Source: Gemmatimonadales bacterium
Lineage (GTDB): Bacteria > Gemmatimonadota > Gemmatimonadetes > Gemmatimonadales > GWC2-71-9
Direction: 5' to 3'
Length of the DNA: 64,000 bases
NCBI GenBank assembly: GCA_038253515.1
Contig: JBBSHB010000001.1
Location: 28,220-92,219 of the forward strand
Part shown: positions 20,471 through 29,968 of the stretch, piece after piece
Layout: every line of letters begins with the position of its first letter
How positions within the stretch are numbered: position 1 is the stretch's first letter
Notes under the pieces: model-generated
The model's input: the letters and a program-made list of their open reading frames with translations, nothing else
What the model was told of the DNA's origin: nothing
Databases searched by the model: none
Made by a program: the position numbers and the translations under genes

Positions 20471-22756
20471 TCAATCCGCCACGACCTGAAACTCCTGCTC
20501 TCTTCGGTCCTTGCGTCCCGCGCCATCGGACAGGAGTACCTCCAGCACGTAGCTGCCCGGCTTGAGGCCCTCGATCTTGAGGGTCCGGTGAGCCGATTCG
20601 ACCAGGGCCGTCGCGTGCGCATCGAACTTGAGGCTCAGGGCCGCGGAGCCGCCGCCGAAGATCTTCCTGAAGAGTCCCCCGCCCCCGCCCTGGCGTCGCA
20701 CCGCCACCCGCACGGTATACGGGCTTCCGCTCTCCAGCCCCTGCACCTCGTAGTACAGCTCCATGTCCTCGGTCCGCTTGAAGGTGTGGAGCGGGTTGAA
20801 GAGGACGGTGTCATTCGGACTACGGTGCCAGAGCAGGTTGCTCGACCTGCTGCCGAGAACCAGATCGCTCAGGGCGATCGTGCTGGCGGTCGGCTGGCCG
20901 ATTCGGACGGTATCCCGGGGGAGCACGATTCCCGATTCCTCGCCTTGCTGAATGGCCAGCCGATACTCGTACTGGCCCGCCGGCACCGGGACCGACACCC
21001 GGCCGACCAGGTGCTCACCCGAAGGCACCGGCTCCGGCGCGACGAAATGGCGCGTGGAGTCGAGGGAGGCGACCACCCTGCCCGAGCGGTCGGTGGCGAC
21101 GAAGCGCACCCGTACCGAGTAGAGGAAGCCTCGGGTGACGGCCACCGGCTCCAGGCTCTTGCCCGCGATGGCATAGGCGATCTGGGCTTCGCTCCCGGCG
21201 GAGTCGTGTCCAACGGCGAGAACCTGGGTTTGCACCTTGAGCTCGGATGCGAAGCGGAGCTCATAGCTGTCGCTGGTGGTCCCTTCCGCGATGCTCTCCT
21301 GGCCCACCCGCCGTTCTTCCGTCTGATAGCGGCTGCTGCCGATCTGTCCCGCGTTCTGCAGTCTCTGGTAGATGGGGGAGAGCTGCTCGCGGGAGACCAT
21401 GAGCTGCTCGGCCATGGGGTTCTGATCGACCCGGTCGGCCCGGAGCGCGATGGTGTTGCTGAAGCCGAGCACGTCGAACAGACTCTCGACCAGCTTGAAG
21501 TCCTGCACGTCTTCCCGGGCGACGAAATGGAAGATCAGGTCGCCCTCGGGGCGGCTGTAGCGCCAGGACTCGTTGGGCTCCAGCCCCGGCGCCGCGTAGG
21601 TTGCCCGCGTGGTGGGCTCCCCGTGACGGATATAGATGACTCCACGATCGTCGAAGTCTCGACTGCCGGACCGGTACCGCTCGACGATGTCGTAATGGCG
21701 GTTCAAGGAGGTGAGCTGGAAGTTCTTGCGGGCGTAAAACAGCCGGCGGTAGTGCTCCCGGAGCCGTTCGCCCTCGGACCGGAGATCACTCTGGTCGCGC
21801 TGGGTCCAGAACCGCTTGAGGTAGGCGGCCCGCTGGGGGCCGTGCGTCTGGTCGAACTCGCGCATCACGCTGTCGGTCGCGATGGTGGCGAGATCGACGC
21901 GGTAGCCGGCGACGCCTGCCGAGTCGTCGCTCGCGGCACCTTCGTAGTAGGGGGCCGCACCGTCGAAGCGGCCCACGAGGAACAGGGTGCGGGCGATCTC
22001 GAGCTGCCCCAGGCTCCGGTTGGTGGGGTGGGCCAGGTAGCCCTGGAACGCGGCCAGCGCGGAATCGCCGTCTCCCACCTCGCGCTCGACCCGGCCACGG
22101 GCCAGAAGCACCTGGGGATCGTCGCTGGCGGGAGTGGAGGCGGCGCGACGCAACGCGTCCAGCGCCACACCCAGCTTGATATTCACCCGCTGCCGAAGCG
22201 CGGTGTTCGCCAGCTCGACCAGTCCGCGGACGAAGCTGGGATCGACCTCCGCGGACTTGGCGAGCGCCATCGCCGAGCGGGTCAGCGCGTCCTTGCCCAG
22301 CATGGTCTTGAGCCCGGTCACGAAGGAGATCTTTGAATCGCCCACCCCGTATTCGGCCAGTCCCATACCGTACCACGAGTAGGGCCACTTCGGTTGGAGA
22401 TCGATGGACCACTGGAACTCGGAGGCCGCGTCGTCGTAATGGGCTTGGCCTCCCAGGTCTCCCAGGCGGAGCGAGAGAAACCCGAGGCGAAGGTGGCCCA
22501 TGGCATTATTCCGATCGGCCTTCACCGCCTCGATCATCCGCTTCTCCAGCCCCAGCAGCCCGATCGAGTCCGCGGTGCCGCCCAGGGAATCGCGAAAGCG
22601 CTCCAGTCCGGCCCGATCAGGGGACGTCTGGGCAAGCAGCCGGGAGGAAGGCGCGATCGAGGCCAACGTCCCGAGCAGCGCGATCACGCGGCCCAAGGCG
22701 AAACCGGCGGTGCGGCGCGGGACGGACGGATGGTGGAGCGGATACAAGGTGACCAT
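20471..22756 (-). CDS. TPR-like / GWxTD-domain-like protein
   Basis: 761 aa with an N-terminal signal-like segment. YLKRFWTQRD..EHYRRLFYARKNF..DDRGVIYIRHGEP..ESWRY fits my recollection of the GWxTD domain (TIGR04514), but the GWxTD tetrad is degenerate (DFDD). Confidence 0.65.
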   Translation of the reverse strand: MVTLYPLHHPSVPRRTAGFALGRVIALLGTLASIAPSSRLLAQTSPDRAGLERFRDSLGGTADSIGLLGLEKRMIEAVKADRNNAMGHLRLGFLSLRLGDLGGQAHYDDAASEFQWSIDLQPKWPYSWYGMGLAEYGVGDSKISFVTGLKTMLGKDALTRSAMALAKSAEVDPSFVRGLVELANTALRQRVNIKLGVALDALRRAASTPASDDPQVLLARGRVEREVGDGDSALAAFQGYLAHPTNRSLGQLEIARTLFLVGRFDGAAPYYEGAASDDSAGVAGYRVDLATIATDSVMREFDQTHGPQRAAYLKRFWTQRDQSDLRSEGERLREHYRRLFYARKNFQLTSLNRHYDIVERYRSGSRDFDDRGVIYIRHGEPTTRATYAAPGLEPNESWRYSRPEGDLIFHFVAREDVQDFKLVESLFDVLGFSNTIALRADRVDQNPMAEQLMVSREQLSPIYQRLQNAGQIGSSRYQTEERRVGQESIAEGTTSDSYELRFASELKVQTQVLAVGHDSAGSEAQIAYAIAGKSLEPVAVTRGFLYSVRVRFVATDRSGRVVASLDSTRHFVAPEPVPSGEHLVGRVSVPVPAGQYEYRLAIQQGEESGIVLPRDTVRIGQPTASTIALSDLVLGSRSSNLLWHRSPNDTVLFNPLHTFKRTEDMELYYEVQGLESGSPYTVRVAVRRQGGGGGLFRKIFGGGSAALSLKFDAHATALVESAHRTLKIEGLKPGSYVLEVLLSDGAGRKDRREQEFQVVAD

Positions 22757-22877
22757 CAGTTGGACCCTCGAACGGGCATTTCAGCGGCGGCACCATCTCA
22801 CCGGGGCGGCACCCTCGGGCGACAGGTCGGGACACCGCTCTAGGAGACGAGCGGGAGAGCCCACCCTCCACACCGCG

Positions 22878-24923
22878 CTACTCCTCGCGGGCGCGTTCGC
22901 GGAGGAAGCTCCGGATGCCGTCGAAGACGGCCAACGCGTAGAGCTGCTGGCCGCGTGGATCGCGGAGCGCGGCTTCCTGATCGGGCAGGATCATGAACAG
23001 CCCCTCGGTGAGCACCGACGGCATCCAGGTGCCGCGGACCAGTGCCAGGTCCCCCCGTCCGATGCCCAGGTCCCGCACTCTCAGTCGCCGCACCAGCTCG
23101 GCCTGGACCGCGCGCGCGAGCGGCACGCTGCGAGACTGATTGTAATACACGCTGGTGCCGTTGTTGAGGAACGGGTTGATACCGTCGGGGAGCGCATTGT
23201 TGTGGATCGACACGAGCACCTCCGCACCGCCGAGCTCGGCGTGCCTGACCCGAGGCCAGAGGTCGAGCGGCGTGTCGGTCGTCCGGGTCATGAGGACATG
23301 GGCGCCCGCCGCCGTGAGCAGGGCGCGGAGCCGTTCCGCCACGGCGAGGTTGGCCACGGCCTCCCGCAGTCCGGTAGGACCAGTGGCGCCGGCCGGCGGA
23401 TGTCCGGGGTCGACGGCGATGAGCCGGCCCTTGAGCGGGTCGGCCTCATCGATCACGGGCGGCCGGCGCACGTCGAGCAGCAGGTCACCGCCCTCCCAGT
23501 GCGCCCGATAGCCCCACAGCGGCCGGGCGAGCTCGAGCGTGAGCGTCACCTCGTCCGCGGTCGGCTGTTGCCAGGTCACCCGACGGATGAGAGAGTCGCT
23601 CGGCCCGTAGCGCACCCAATTCACGTCCCCCACGACCCCGTAGAGATGGAGCACCAGCAAGCGATCGCCCTCGATCAGCTCGAACGGGACCTGCTGAGTG
23701 ACCGGGACCCGCAGCGTGACCCGGTCGGCCCCGGGCGTCAGTCGCACCGATCCGACAGTGCCGCTCGGCACGGGGAGACCGCTCTGGAGCGGGCGGGCGT
23801 CCGCGGCTGGAACCCAGGCGTCCGATCCGCCGGAAAGACGGATCCGAAGCTCAGCGTCCCGGCGTCCGATCACTTCGGCTCGGGTACCGGTCGGAAAGAA
23901 CCAGTGATAGGTCCCTCCGGGGAGTGCCCGACCCACGGTGAGACTGTCGCCGGTACCCACGCCGGCCGTGTCGTCGTTGAACTGGGCGATGACCGGCATG
24001 GTGTCGAGCAGCGAGACCTGCAGCGGCCATCGGGCCCGCACGGTGTCGCCGCCGACGATGACCTCGACCGTCGGCCAGGCGGAGTCCGGCGGCTGGGTGT
24101 TCGGGATGGCCACCGGACAGCCCGGGTCCAGGCCACAGTGCCCAGCGGCGATGGCGAGCACGCGAGAGAGGAACGGATCTCTGGGGAGGACCGGTCCGGG
24201 ATCAGGACCGACCGACTTGCCGCGAAGCAGACCGACATAGCGGTCGCGCCGGAGCGGGGTCTCCAGCTTGGTGGTGTCCCGATCGAAGACGCGCACCGCG
24301 GTCGGTACCTCGGCAGGCTGAGGCAGCGCCGTGAGCGGGACCAGCGTGCCGTCCGGCAGACGGAGGCGGACGAGCGCGCCTTCGGCCGCTGTCGCGCTCA
24401 GGCTCAGATACTCGTCTCGGGACACCCAAACCTGTCCCCGCGGGGCCAGCGAGAGTGAATCGACCCAGGCCGCTCCGACGCTACGGCGGCCCCGATCGGG
24501 CAGGAGTCGTCGGACGGCGTAGGTCAGGCGCGCGGAATCGGTCAGGGTCCGGGCCTCGAGCTGAAATTGCATGAGGCTGTCCTGCGGGAACGGCAGCCAG
24601 GCGAGCCAGGCTCCATTGGGCCACACGTGAACCGGAGAGCCGTTGACGGTGAGGCGGGCGTCACCGGTGCCGGCGGAGCCGAACAGAAAACTCGAGTCGC
24701 GCACCTCGACGAGTGCGTCCGGCGGCGGATAGATCACCCGCAGATCGAGCGCTCCATGCACAGACGGGACCGGTGGCAACGCCGTCGAAGTGGCCGCGGA
24801 ATCGGCTGGAGCGTGTGGTGGCGCGGCGACGCGCTTCGGCGCCACCGGTGCGGTTGGCCGAGGGGCGCAAGCGGCCGCCAGGGTGAGCAGCACGACCCAC
24901 TCCCGGCATCGATTGGCAACCAT
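22878..24923 (-). CDS. N-acetylmuramoyl-L-alanine amidase (Amidase_3) lipoprotein with large unknown N-terminal region
   Basis: C-terminal IAVDPGHP..VLVSIHNNA..PSVLTEGLFM amidase_3 motifs. I prefer ATG 24923 (MVANRCREWVVLLTLAAAC lipobox) over the GTG at 24938. Confidence 0.85.
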   Translation of the reverse strand: MVANRCREWVVLLTLAAACAPRPTAPVAPKRVAAPPHAPADSAATSTALPPVPSVHGALDLRVIYPPPDALVEVRDSSFLFGSAGTGDARLTVNGSPVHVWPNGAWLAWLPFPQDSLMQFQLEARTLTDSARLTYAVRRLLPDRGRRSVGAAWVDSLSLAPRGQVWVSRDEYLSLSATAAEGALVRLRLPDGTLVPLTALPQPAEVPTAVRVFDRDTTKLETPLRRDRYVGLLRGKSVGPDPGPVLPRDPFLSRVLAIAAGHCGLDPGCPVAIPNTQPPDSAWPTVEVIVGGDTVRARWPLQVSLLDTMPVIAQFNDDTAGVGTGDSLTVGRALPGGTYHWFFPTGTRAEVIGRRDAELRIRLSGGSDAWVPAADARPLQSGLPVPSGTVGSVRLTPGADRVTLRVPVTQQVPFELIEGDRLLVLHLYGVVGDVNWVRYGPSDSLIRRVTWQQPTADEVTLTLELARPLWGYRAHWEGGDLLLDVRRPPVIDEADPLKGRLIAVDPGHPPAGATGPTGLREAVANLAVAERLRALLTAAGAHVLMTRTTDTPLDLWPRVRHAELGGAEVLVSIHNNALPDGINPFLNNGTSVYYNQSRSVPLARAVQAELVRRLRVRDLGIGRGDLALVRGTWMPSVLTEGLFMILPDQEAALRDPRGQQLYALAVFDGIRSFLRERAREE

Positions 24924-24966
24924 GGCTGCAAGGTACACGTTGACTATGACTTACAGCAAAGGGACG

Positions 24967-24995
24967 TTGACGCTCCTCGGAGCGCTCTCTAGATT
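24967..24995 (+). promoter_or_regulatory. sigma70-like promoter for the PP2C-ampG unit
   Basis: TTGACG (24967-24972), a 17-nt spacer, then TAGATT (24990-24995), about 75 nt upstream of ATG 25071. Confidence 0.4.
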
Positions 24996-25070
24996 CTGAC
25001 ACCCTTACCACCGAGCGGACCCCCAGGAAGGGATTTCGCGAGTGACTCTCGCCGCTGCTGTTGCTTGCGC

Positions 25071-26117
25071 ATGACGCGAGCTCCTGTCCGGGCCGCTGTC
25101 TTCGCCAAGACCGACCTCGGACGCACCCGGGAGCACAACGAGGACACTTTTCTCGTCGCTGATCTCAGTACGGGCAACGCCAGCCTGCAGCCGGAGGTGC
25201 GCCAGCACGAGGTCGGCCCGCGCGGCTCGCTCTTCATGGTGGCGGATGGGATGGGAGGCGCGGCCGCCGGAGAGTTGGCCAGCGCGATGGCCGCGGATCT
25301 GATCTATCGCCACCTCGCCACCGCGTGGGCCCGGGATTCCGACGCCAGCGCGGAGCGCTTCGCTTTCCGAGTGAAGGAGGCGGTCGAGCTCGCCAACGAG
25401 CAGATCTACGCCTATGCCCGGGAGCATCCCGAAGTCCGGGGGATGGGTACCACGGTCACCGCCGCGGGCGTGTTCGGCGAGGATCTCTATGTCGCGCAGA
25501 TCGGTGACAGCCGAGGCTACCTGGTCCGCAAGGGCGAGGCGATCCAACTGACGAAGGACCAGTCGCTGATGCAGCGTCTGGTGGACGCGGGCGAACTGAC
25601 CGAGGAGGAAGCCGAGCAGAGCGAGCGGCGCAACATCATTCTGCAGGCGCTCGGTCCGGATCCGCGAGTGCGGGTGGACCTCACCCACCAGGTCCTTCGC
25701 CGCGGCGACACGCTCATTCTCTGCTCCGACGGACTCTCCGGCTCGGTGAGGCGGGAGGAGTTCGCCCAGGTCGCGTCGGAGCAGAAGGATCTGCCGGCGC
25801 TCTGCTCCAGACTCATCGACCTGGCCAACGAGCGGGGTGGTCCGGACAACATCACGGTGGTGGCGGCGCGGTTCGACGGGGAGGGACTGCCGGAGCCGAC
25901 CGAGAGCGAGGGCGTCGGCTATCGGGTGTACCATCTGACCGAGGTGGACGAGCCCGCGGAGCCGAGTGCCCCGGAGGTCCCGGCTCCCCCACCGACCGCC
26001 GCGCCGGTCGAGCCGCCCCCCAGCCAGCCCGCCGCGCGCGGCGGCCGCACCCGCGAGATACTCGTGCTGGTGGCTCTCCTCTGCCTGCTGGCGGCGCTGC
26101 TGGCGTTCTGGCTTTGA
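25071..26117 (+). CDS. PP2C-family Ser/Thr phosphatase with C-terminal membrane anchor
   Basis: The track start 25065 is a TTG, and ATG 25071 is more likely. REHNEDTF, MVADGMGG, CSDGLS and DNITVV motifs. Pro-rich linker and terminal TM segment ILVLVALLCLLAALLAFWL. Confidence 0.9.
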   Translation: MTRAPVRAAVFAKTDLGRTREHNEDTFLVADLSTGNASLQPEVRQHEVGPRGSLFMVADGMGGAAAGELASAMAADLIYRHLATAWARDSDASAERFAFRVKEAVELANEQIYAYAREHPEVRGMGTTVTAAGVFGEDLYVAQIGDSRGYLVRKGEAIQLTKDQSLMQRLVDAGELTEEEAEQSERRNIILQALGPDPRVRVDLTHQVLRRGDTLILCSDGLSGSVRREEFAQVASEQKDLPALCSRLIDLANERGGPDNITVVAARFDGEGLPEPTESEGVGYRVYHLTEVDEPAEPSAPEVPAPPPTAAPVEPPPSQPAARGGRTREILVLVALLCLLAALLAFWL

Positions 26118-26126
26118 CGTCGCCCC

Positions 26127-27398
26127 TTGCCGCCGGCTGAGCACGCCGCTTCACCGCCGATCCAGGGCCGTCTCCGCGTTCGGCTGGCCTGGCTCGCGGC
26201 CCTCTCCTTTGCCTCGGGCTTCCCCTTCGGTCTGGTCAACGAGACGCTGCCGGTCTACCTGCGCACTCACGGCGCCGGCCTGGTGGAGATCGGCCTGGTG
26301 AGCGCCGTGAGTTTTCCCTGGACCTTCAAGTTCGTCTGGTCACCGTTGGTGGACCGACTGGGAAGCCGGCGACAGTGGATCGCGGCGTGCCTGGCCGGAC
26401 TCACCCTGCTCACGCTGCTCTTCAGCCGGGTGGACTACGAGACGCTGATGCAGCCCGCCTGGCACTCCCTTGGCGGCCACCTGGGCGGCGCCGCCGCGCT
26501 GATCTCGCGGCCGTTCTGGATCGCTCTCCTGCTCATGGTCTTTCTCTCGGCGACGCAGGACGTCGCGATCGACGCCTACACCATCGAAGCGACCACCACG
26601 TCGGAGCTCGGCGTCGCCAACTCGGTGCGGATCGCCTCCTATCGGATCGCGATGTTCACCGCGGGCGGACTGCTCATCTGGCTCGCGGGACGGGAGGATT
26701 GGAAGGCGTCCTTCCAAGTCGGTACGGTGCTCGTCGCCGGGCTCACGCTGCTGGCGCTGCTGCTGCCGACCGCCGCCCGCTCCGCCGGCCCGCCGGTGGC
26801 CATCTGGGAGCCGCTGCAGGCGTTAGTGCGGCGGCCGGGCATCTGGGCGGTCGCGCTGTTCGCGATGCTGTTCAAGCTCGACATCTACGCCATGGACCCG
26901 ATGACCCGCCCCTTCTGGGTGGACCGCGGGTTCACCCTGGAGGAGATCGGCGCGATCCTGACCACCGGGCGAATCCTGGCGACGGTGGCGGGCGCGGTCC
27001 TGGGAGGCGTGTTCACCACGAGGTGGGGGATCTTCCGCGCACTCTGGGTCCTGGGACTGGTGCAGGCACTCTCCAGCCTGGGCTACGCGGGCGCCGCCAT
27101 TGCCGCGCCGTCCAAGCCGCTCCTGGCCGGTGTGGCGCTGTTCGAGAACTTCGCCCACGGCCTGGGCACCGCGGCGTTCGTCGCCTTCCTCATGTCGGTG
27201 TGCGAGCGCCGCTACGCCGCCACCCAATACGCGGTGCTCTCCGCGCTGCTGGCACTGGGTCGCACGCTGGCCGGCGCCGCCTCCGGCGCGCTCGCCGAGC
27301 ACCTGGGGTACGGCCACTACTTTCTGGTGACCTTCCTGCTGGGTGTGCCGGCGTTCGCGCTGCTGCCCGCGATCCGGAACGCGGCCGCGCACGACTGA
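26127..27398 (+). CDS. ampG: MFS transporter, AmpG-like muropeptide permease
   Basis: Polytopic MFS protein. N-terminal FASGFPFGLVNETLPVYLR and WSPLVDR motifs resemble AmpG. TTG start 9 nt after the PP2C stop. Neighbours are nagZ, anmK and murQ. Confidence 0.75.
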   Translation: MPPAEHAASPPIQGRLRVRLAWLAALSFASGFPFGLVNETLPVYLRTHGAGLVEIGLVSAVSFPWTFKFVWSPLVDRLGSRRQWIAACLAGLTLLTLLFSRVDYETLMQPAWHSLGGHLGGAAALISRPFWIALLLMVFLSATQDVAIDAYTIEATTTSELGVANSVRIASYRIAMFTAGGLLIWLAGREDWKASFQVGTVLVAGLTLLALLLPTAARSAGPPVAIWEPLQALVRRPGIWAVALFAMLFKLDIYAMDPMTRPFWVDRGFTLEEIGAILTTGRILATVAGAVLGGVFTTRWGIFRALWVLGLVQALSSLGYAGAAIAAPSKPLLAGVALFENFAHGLGTAAFVAFLMSVCERRYAATQYAVLSALLALGRTLAGAASGALAEHLGYGHYFLVTFLLGVPAFALLPAIRNAAAHD

Positions 27399-27416
27399 TC
27401 AGCGGGGCCGAGGGAA

Positions 27417-28856
27417 TCAGCCGACTCGGCGTCGGAGCCAGCGCGCCACCGCCTCCTGCATCAGGCGCTGGCGATGCCAGGCGAGGAGCACCGGTGCGTC
27501 ACTGGGGAGCTCCGCCAGCAGGCGAGGGTGCCCGAAGAGCACGATGAGATCGGCGTGGGGGGCGGAGTTGGCCAGGGCGTCGCGGGCGGCCGGGCCGAAG
27601 CCGGATCGCCCTTTCCACGCCCGCGGCTCGGCGAAGGCGAGGACCACCCGCGCGCCGCCGGTGTACCGGCCCATCAGCTCGTCGCCCAGCGCGCGCTGAG
27701 TCCAATCGCTGGGTCCCGGCGGATAAGGGCCACCGACGTCGTCGTCCACCACGACCACGTCCAGCGGCCCCGCCAGCCGGAGGACGCTTCCCCGCAGCAG
27801 CCCCTGCTCCAGCAGCGCGTCGGCCAGTGCATCGGCCGAGTCAAAGGGCCCCCGGGTCACCGGTGGGGTGGGACCGCTGGCCGCCGCGACGGCGCGCTCG
27901 TACCGCCGGAGGGACTCGCCGAGGCGCTGCTGGGAAATGGCACCGCTGGTGAGCGCCAGGAGCAGCGCATCGCGAACCCGGCGCGCGTCGTTCGGATAGA
28001 GCAGCAGGTCCACCCCGGCCTGGATCGCCTCAACCGCCGCATCCGACTCCCTCCGTCCCTCGAGCGCTCCATCCATGATGAGCGCATCGGTCACCACCAG
28101 GCCGTCGAAGCCGAGCCGGCCGCGGAGCTCGCCCAGAATCGCCGGTGAGATGGTGGCGGGAAGACCGGAAGGATCGAGCGCCGGATAGGCGACGTGCGCC
28201 GTCATGATGGACGCGACCCCACACTCGATGGCGATGCCGAACGGGAGCAGATCGCTGGCGCGGAGCGTGTCCGCCCCTTCCGCAACCACCGGGAGCGCCA
28301 CGTGAGAGTCCACCTCGGTCCGCCCATGGCCGGGAAAGTGCTTGGCGCAGGCGAGCGCGCCGGCTTCCTGGCAGCCTTCGATCCAGCTCCGCACCAAGGT
28401 GGCAACCCGGTTGGGATCGGCGCCGAAGGCGCGGGTCTGGACGATCGGATTCTCGGGGAGCACGTCGAGGTCGGCGACGGGGGCGAATACCCAGTTGATG
28501 CCGACGGTCCGGGCCTCCTGCGCCGTCACGGCGCCGGCCCAACGGACCACCGCGACATCCTCCAGCGCGGCCAGCGCGGCCGGCGGGGGGAACTCAGTCA
28601 GTCCCTCGACCTGCTGACCGGCTCCGCGCTCCAGGTCCGAGGCAATGAGCAACGGGCGGCCCGCCCGGCGGAGCAGGTCGGCGGTGAGCCGGCGCACCGC
28701 CTCCACCGTCCCGCCGAAGACGATGAACCCCCCGACGCCGATCGCGAGGGCATCGGCGATGGTGGCCGCCTCGTGGGCGAAGCCGCCGTCGGCTCGCCAG
28801 CGGAGCGCGGGCATGATGAGCCGGGCCGGCTCGAGCGGCGGCGTGGGCGTGGTCAT
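27417..28856 (-). CDS. nagZ: beta-N-acetylhexosaminidase (GH3, NagZ-like)
   Basis: KHFPGHG, GLVVTDAL and other GH3 N-terminal-domain motifs; 479 aa. ATG overlaps the anmK stop (ATGA). Confidence 0.85.
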   Translation of the reverse strand: MTTPTPPLEPARLIMPALRWRADGGFAHEAATIADALAIGVGGFIVFGGTVEAVRRLTADLLRRAGRPLLIASDLERGAGQQVEGLTEFPPPAALAALEDVAVVRWAGAVTAQEARTVGINWVFAPVADLDVLPENPIVQTRAFGADPNRVATLVRSWIEGCQEAGALACAKHFPGHGRTEVDSHVALPVVAEGADTLRASDLLPFGIAIECGVASIMTAHVAYPALDPSGLPATISPAILGELRGRLGFDGLVVTDALIMDGALEGRRESDAAVEAIQAGVDLLLYPNDARRVRDALLLALTSGAISQQRLGESLRRYERAVAAASGPTPPVTRGPFDSADALADALLEQGLLRGSVLRLAGPLDVVVVDDDVGGPYPPGPSDWTQRALGDELMGRYTGGARVVLAFAEPRAWKGRSGFGPAARDALANSAPHADLIVLFGHPRLLAELPSDAPVLLAWHRQRLMQEAVARWLRRRVG

Positions 28857-29968
28857 GCCGGCGTCACCGTGCCGAGCACCCGAGGGCCGCCGGCCCCCGT
28901 GGCGGACGGGACGTTGCCCGGCTGACCGTGGACAGTCAGGTAGCCGAGCAAGGCGAACGCCACGGCCTCCTTGGCGTCGCCGGGGAAAAAGAGATCACTG
29001 AAGCGGAGCAGCTGGTGATGACCCGGCAGCGCCGCGAGATGTCGTTCCAGTGCCGTCATCAGCCCCGGGTGGTGGCACCCACCACCCGAGGCCACGACCT
29101 CGGCATCTCCGGGGAGCCAGCGGCCAACCGCCTGGGCCACCGCGCGGGCGGTGAGCTCCACCGCGGTGGCGACCCCGTCCGGACCAGGCACGCGGCGGTG
29201 GAGGGCCGCGGCGTAGGCGTCGCCGAATCGCTCCCGGCCGGTGCTCTTGGGCGGCGGCGCCGGGAAGAACGGATCGGCCAGGAGGTCCGCGAGCACCGAC
29301 TCGTCGGGGTGACCACCGGCGGCGATATGCCCGTCATGGTCGAAGGAGCAAGCCGGGTCGACCAGGCGCGCGAGCGCGTCGATGACCGCGACACCGGGTC
29401 CGGTGTCGAAGGCGAGGACGCCTGCCTCCTCCGAGCGTCGGGGGACGTACGTGAGGTTGGCCATACCGCCGATGTTGAGCAAAATCCGGGGTGTCTCGGT
29501 CGAGGCGAAGAGCAGCACGTCGGCCATCGGCACCAGCGGTGCTCCCTGCCCGCCCGCGGCGACGTCGCGGGCGCGGAATCCGCTGACGACTCGAACGCCG
29601 AAGCGCTCGGCGAGCACCGCCGGCTCGCCGAGCTGCCAGGAGACCGTGGGTGGTTCGTGCCAGATGGTCTGGCCGGGAAAGGCGATCACGTCGAGCTCGG
29701 ATGCCGGAACCCGAGCCTGGATGAGCAGCTCCTCCACCGCTTCCGCCGCCCACTCCGCGAGACGCACGTGGAGCCGGGCGAGGAACGCGGTCTCTCCGCC
29801 GGCGAGGCCACGCCGGATCTCGGCACGCTCGGTTTCGCCGTAGGGCCGGGTGACGAACTCGAGCAGCTTGGCATGGGTGGGACCTTCCAGCAACACCAGC
29901 GCGGCGTCGATGCCGTCCAGCGAGGTACCCGACATCAGCCCGACCGCGAGCGTGGGTCGCTCGGTCAT
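28853..29968 (-). CDS. anmK: anhydro-N-acetylmuramic acid kinase
   Basis: ORF 28853..30631 trimmed to ATG 29968 (MTERPTLAVGLMSGTSLDGIDAAL..), overlapping the murQ stop (ATGA). NIGGMAN, FDTGPG and SGGG motifs; 371 aa. Confidence 0.9.
   Translation of the reverse strand: MTERPTLAVGLMSGTSLDGIDAALVLLEGPTHAKLLEFVTRPYGETERAEIRRGLAGGETAFLARLHVRLAEWAAEAVEELLIQARVPASELDVIAFPGQTIWHEPPTVSWQLGEPAVLAERFGVRVVSGFRARDVAAGGQGAPLVPMADVLLFASTETPRILLNIGGMANLTYVPRRSEEAGVLAFDTGPGVAVIDALARLVDPACSFDHDGHIAAGGHPDESVLADLLADPFFPAPPPKSTGRERFGDAYAAALHRRVPGPDGVATAVELTARAVAQAVGRWLPGDAEVVASGGGCHHPGLMTALERHLAALPGHHQLLRFSDLFFPGDAKEAVAFALLGYLTVHGQPGNVPSATGAGGPRVLGTVTPA

Noticed and set aside
20405-24458. Plus-strand ORFs 20405..22336 (643 aa) and 22500..24458 (652 aa).
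   Set aside because: They are antisense to the GWxTD-like and amidase genes, which carry clear domain motifs. The products are low-complexity.
25005-26144. 379-aa minus-strand ORF.
   Set aside because: It is antisense to the PP2C phosphatase gene, which has all the canonical motifs.
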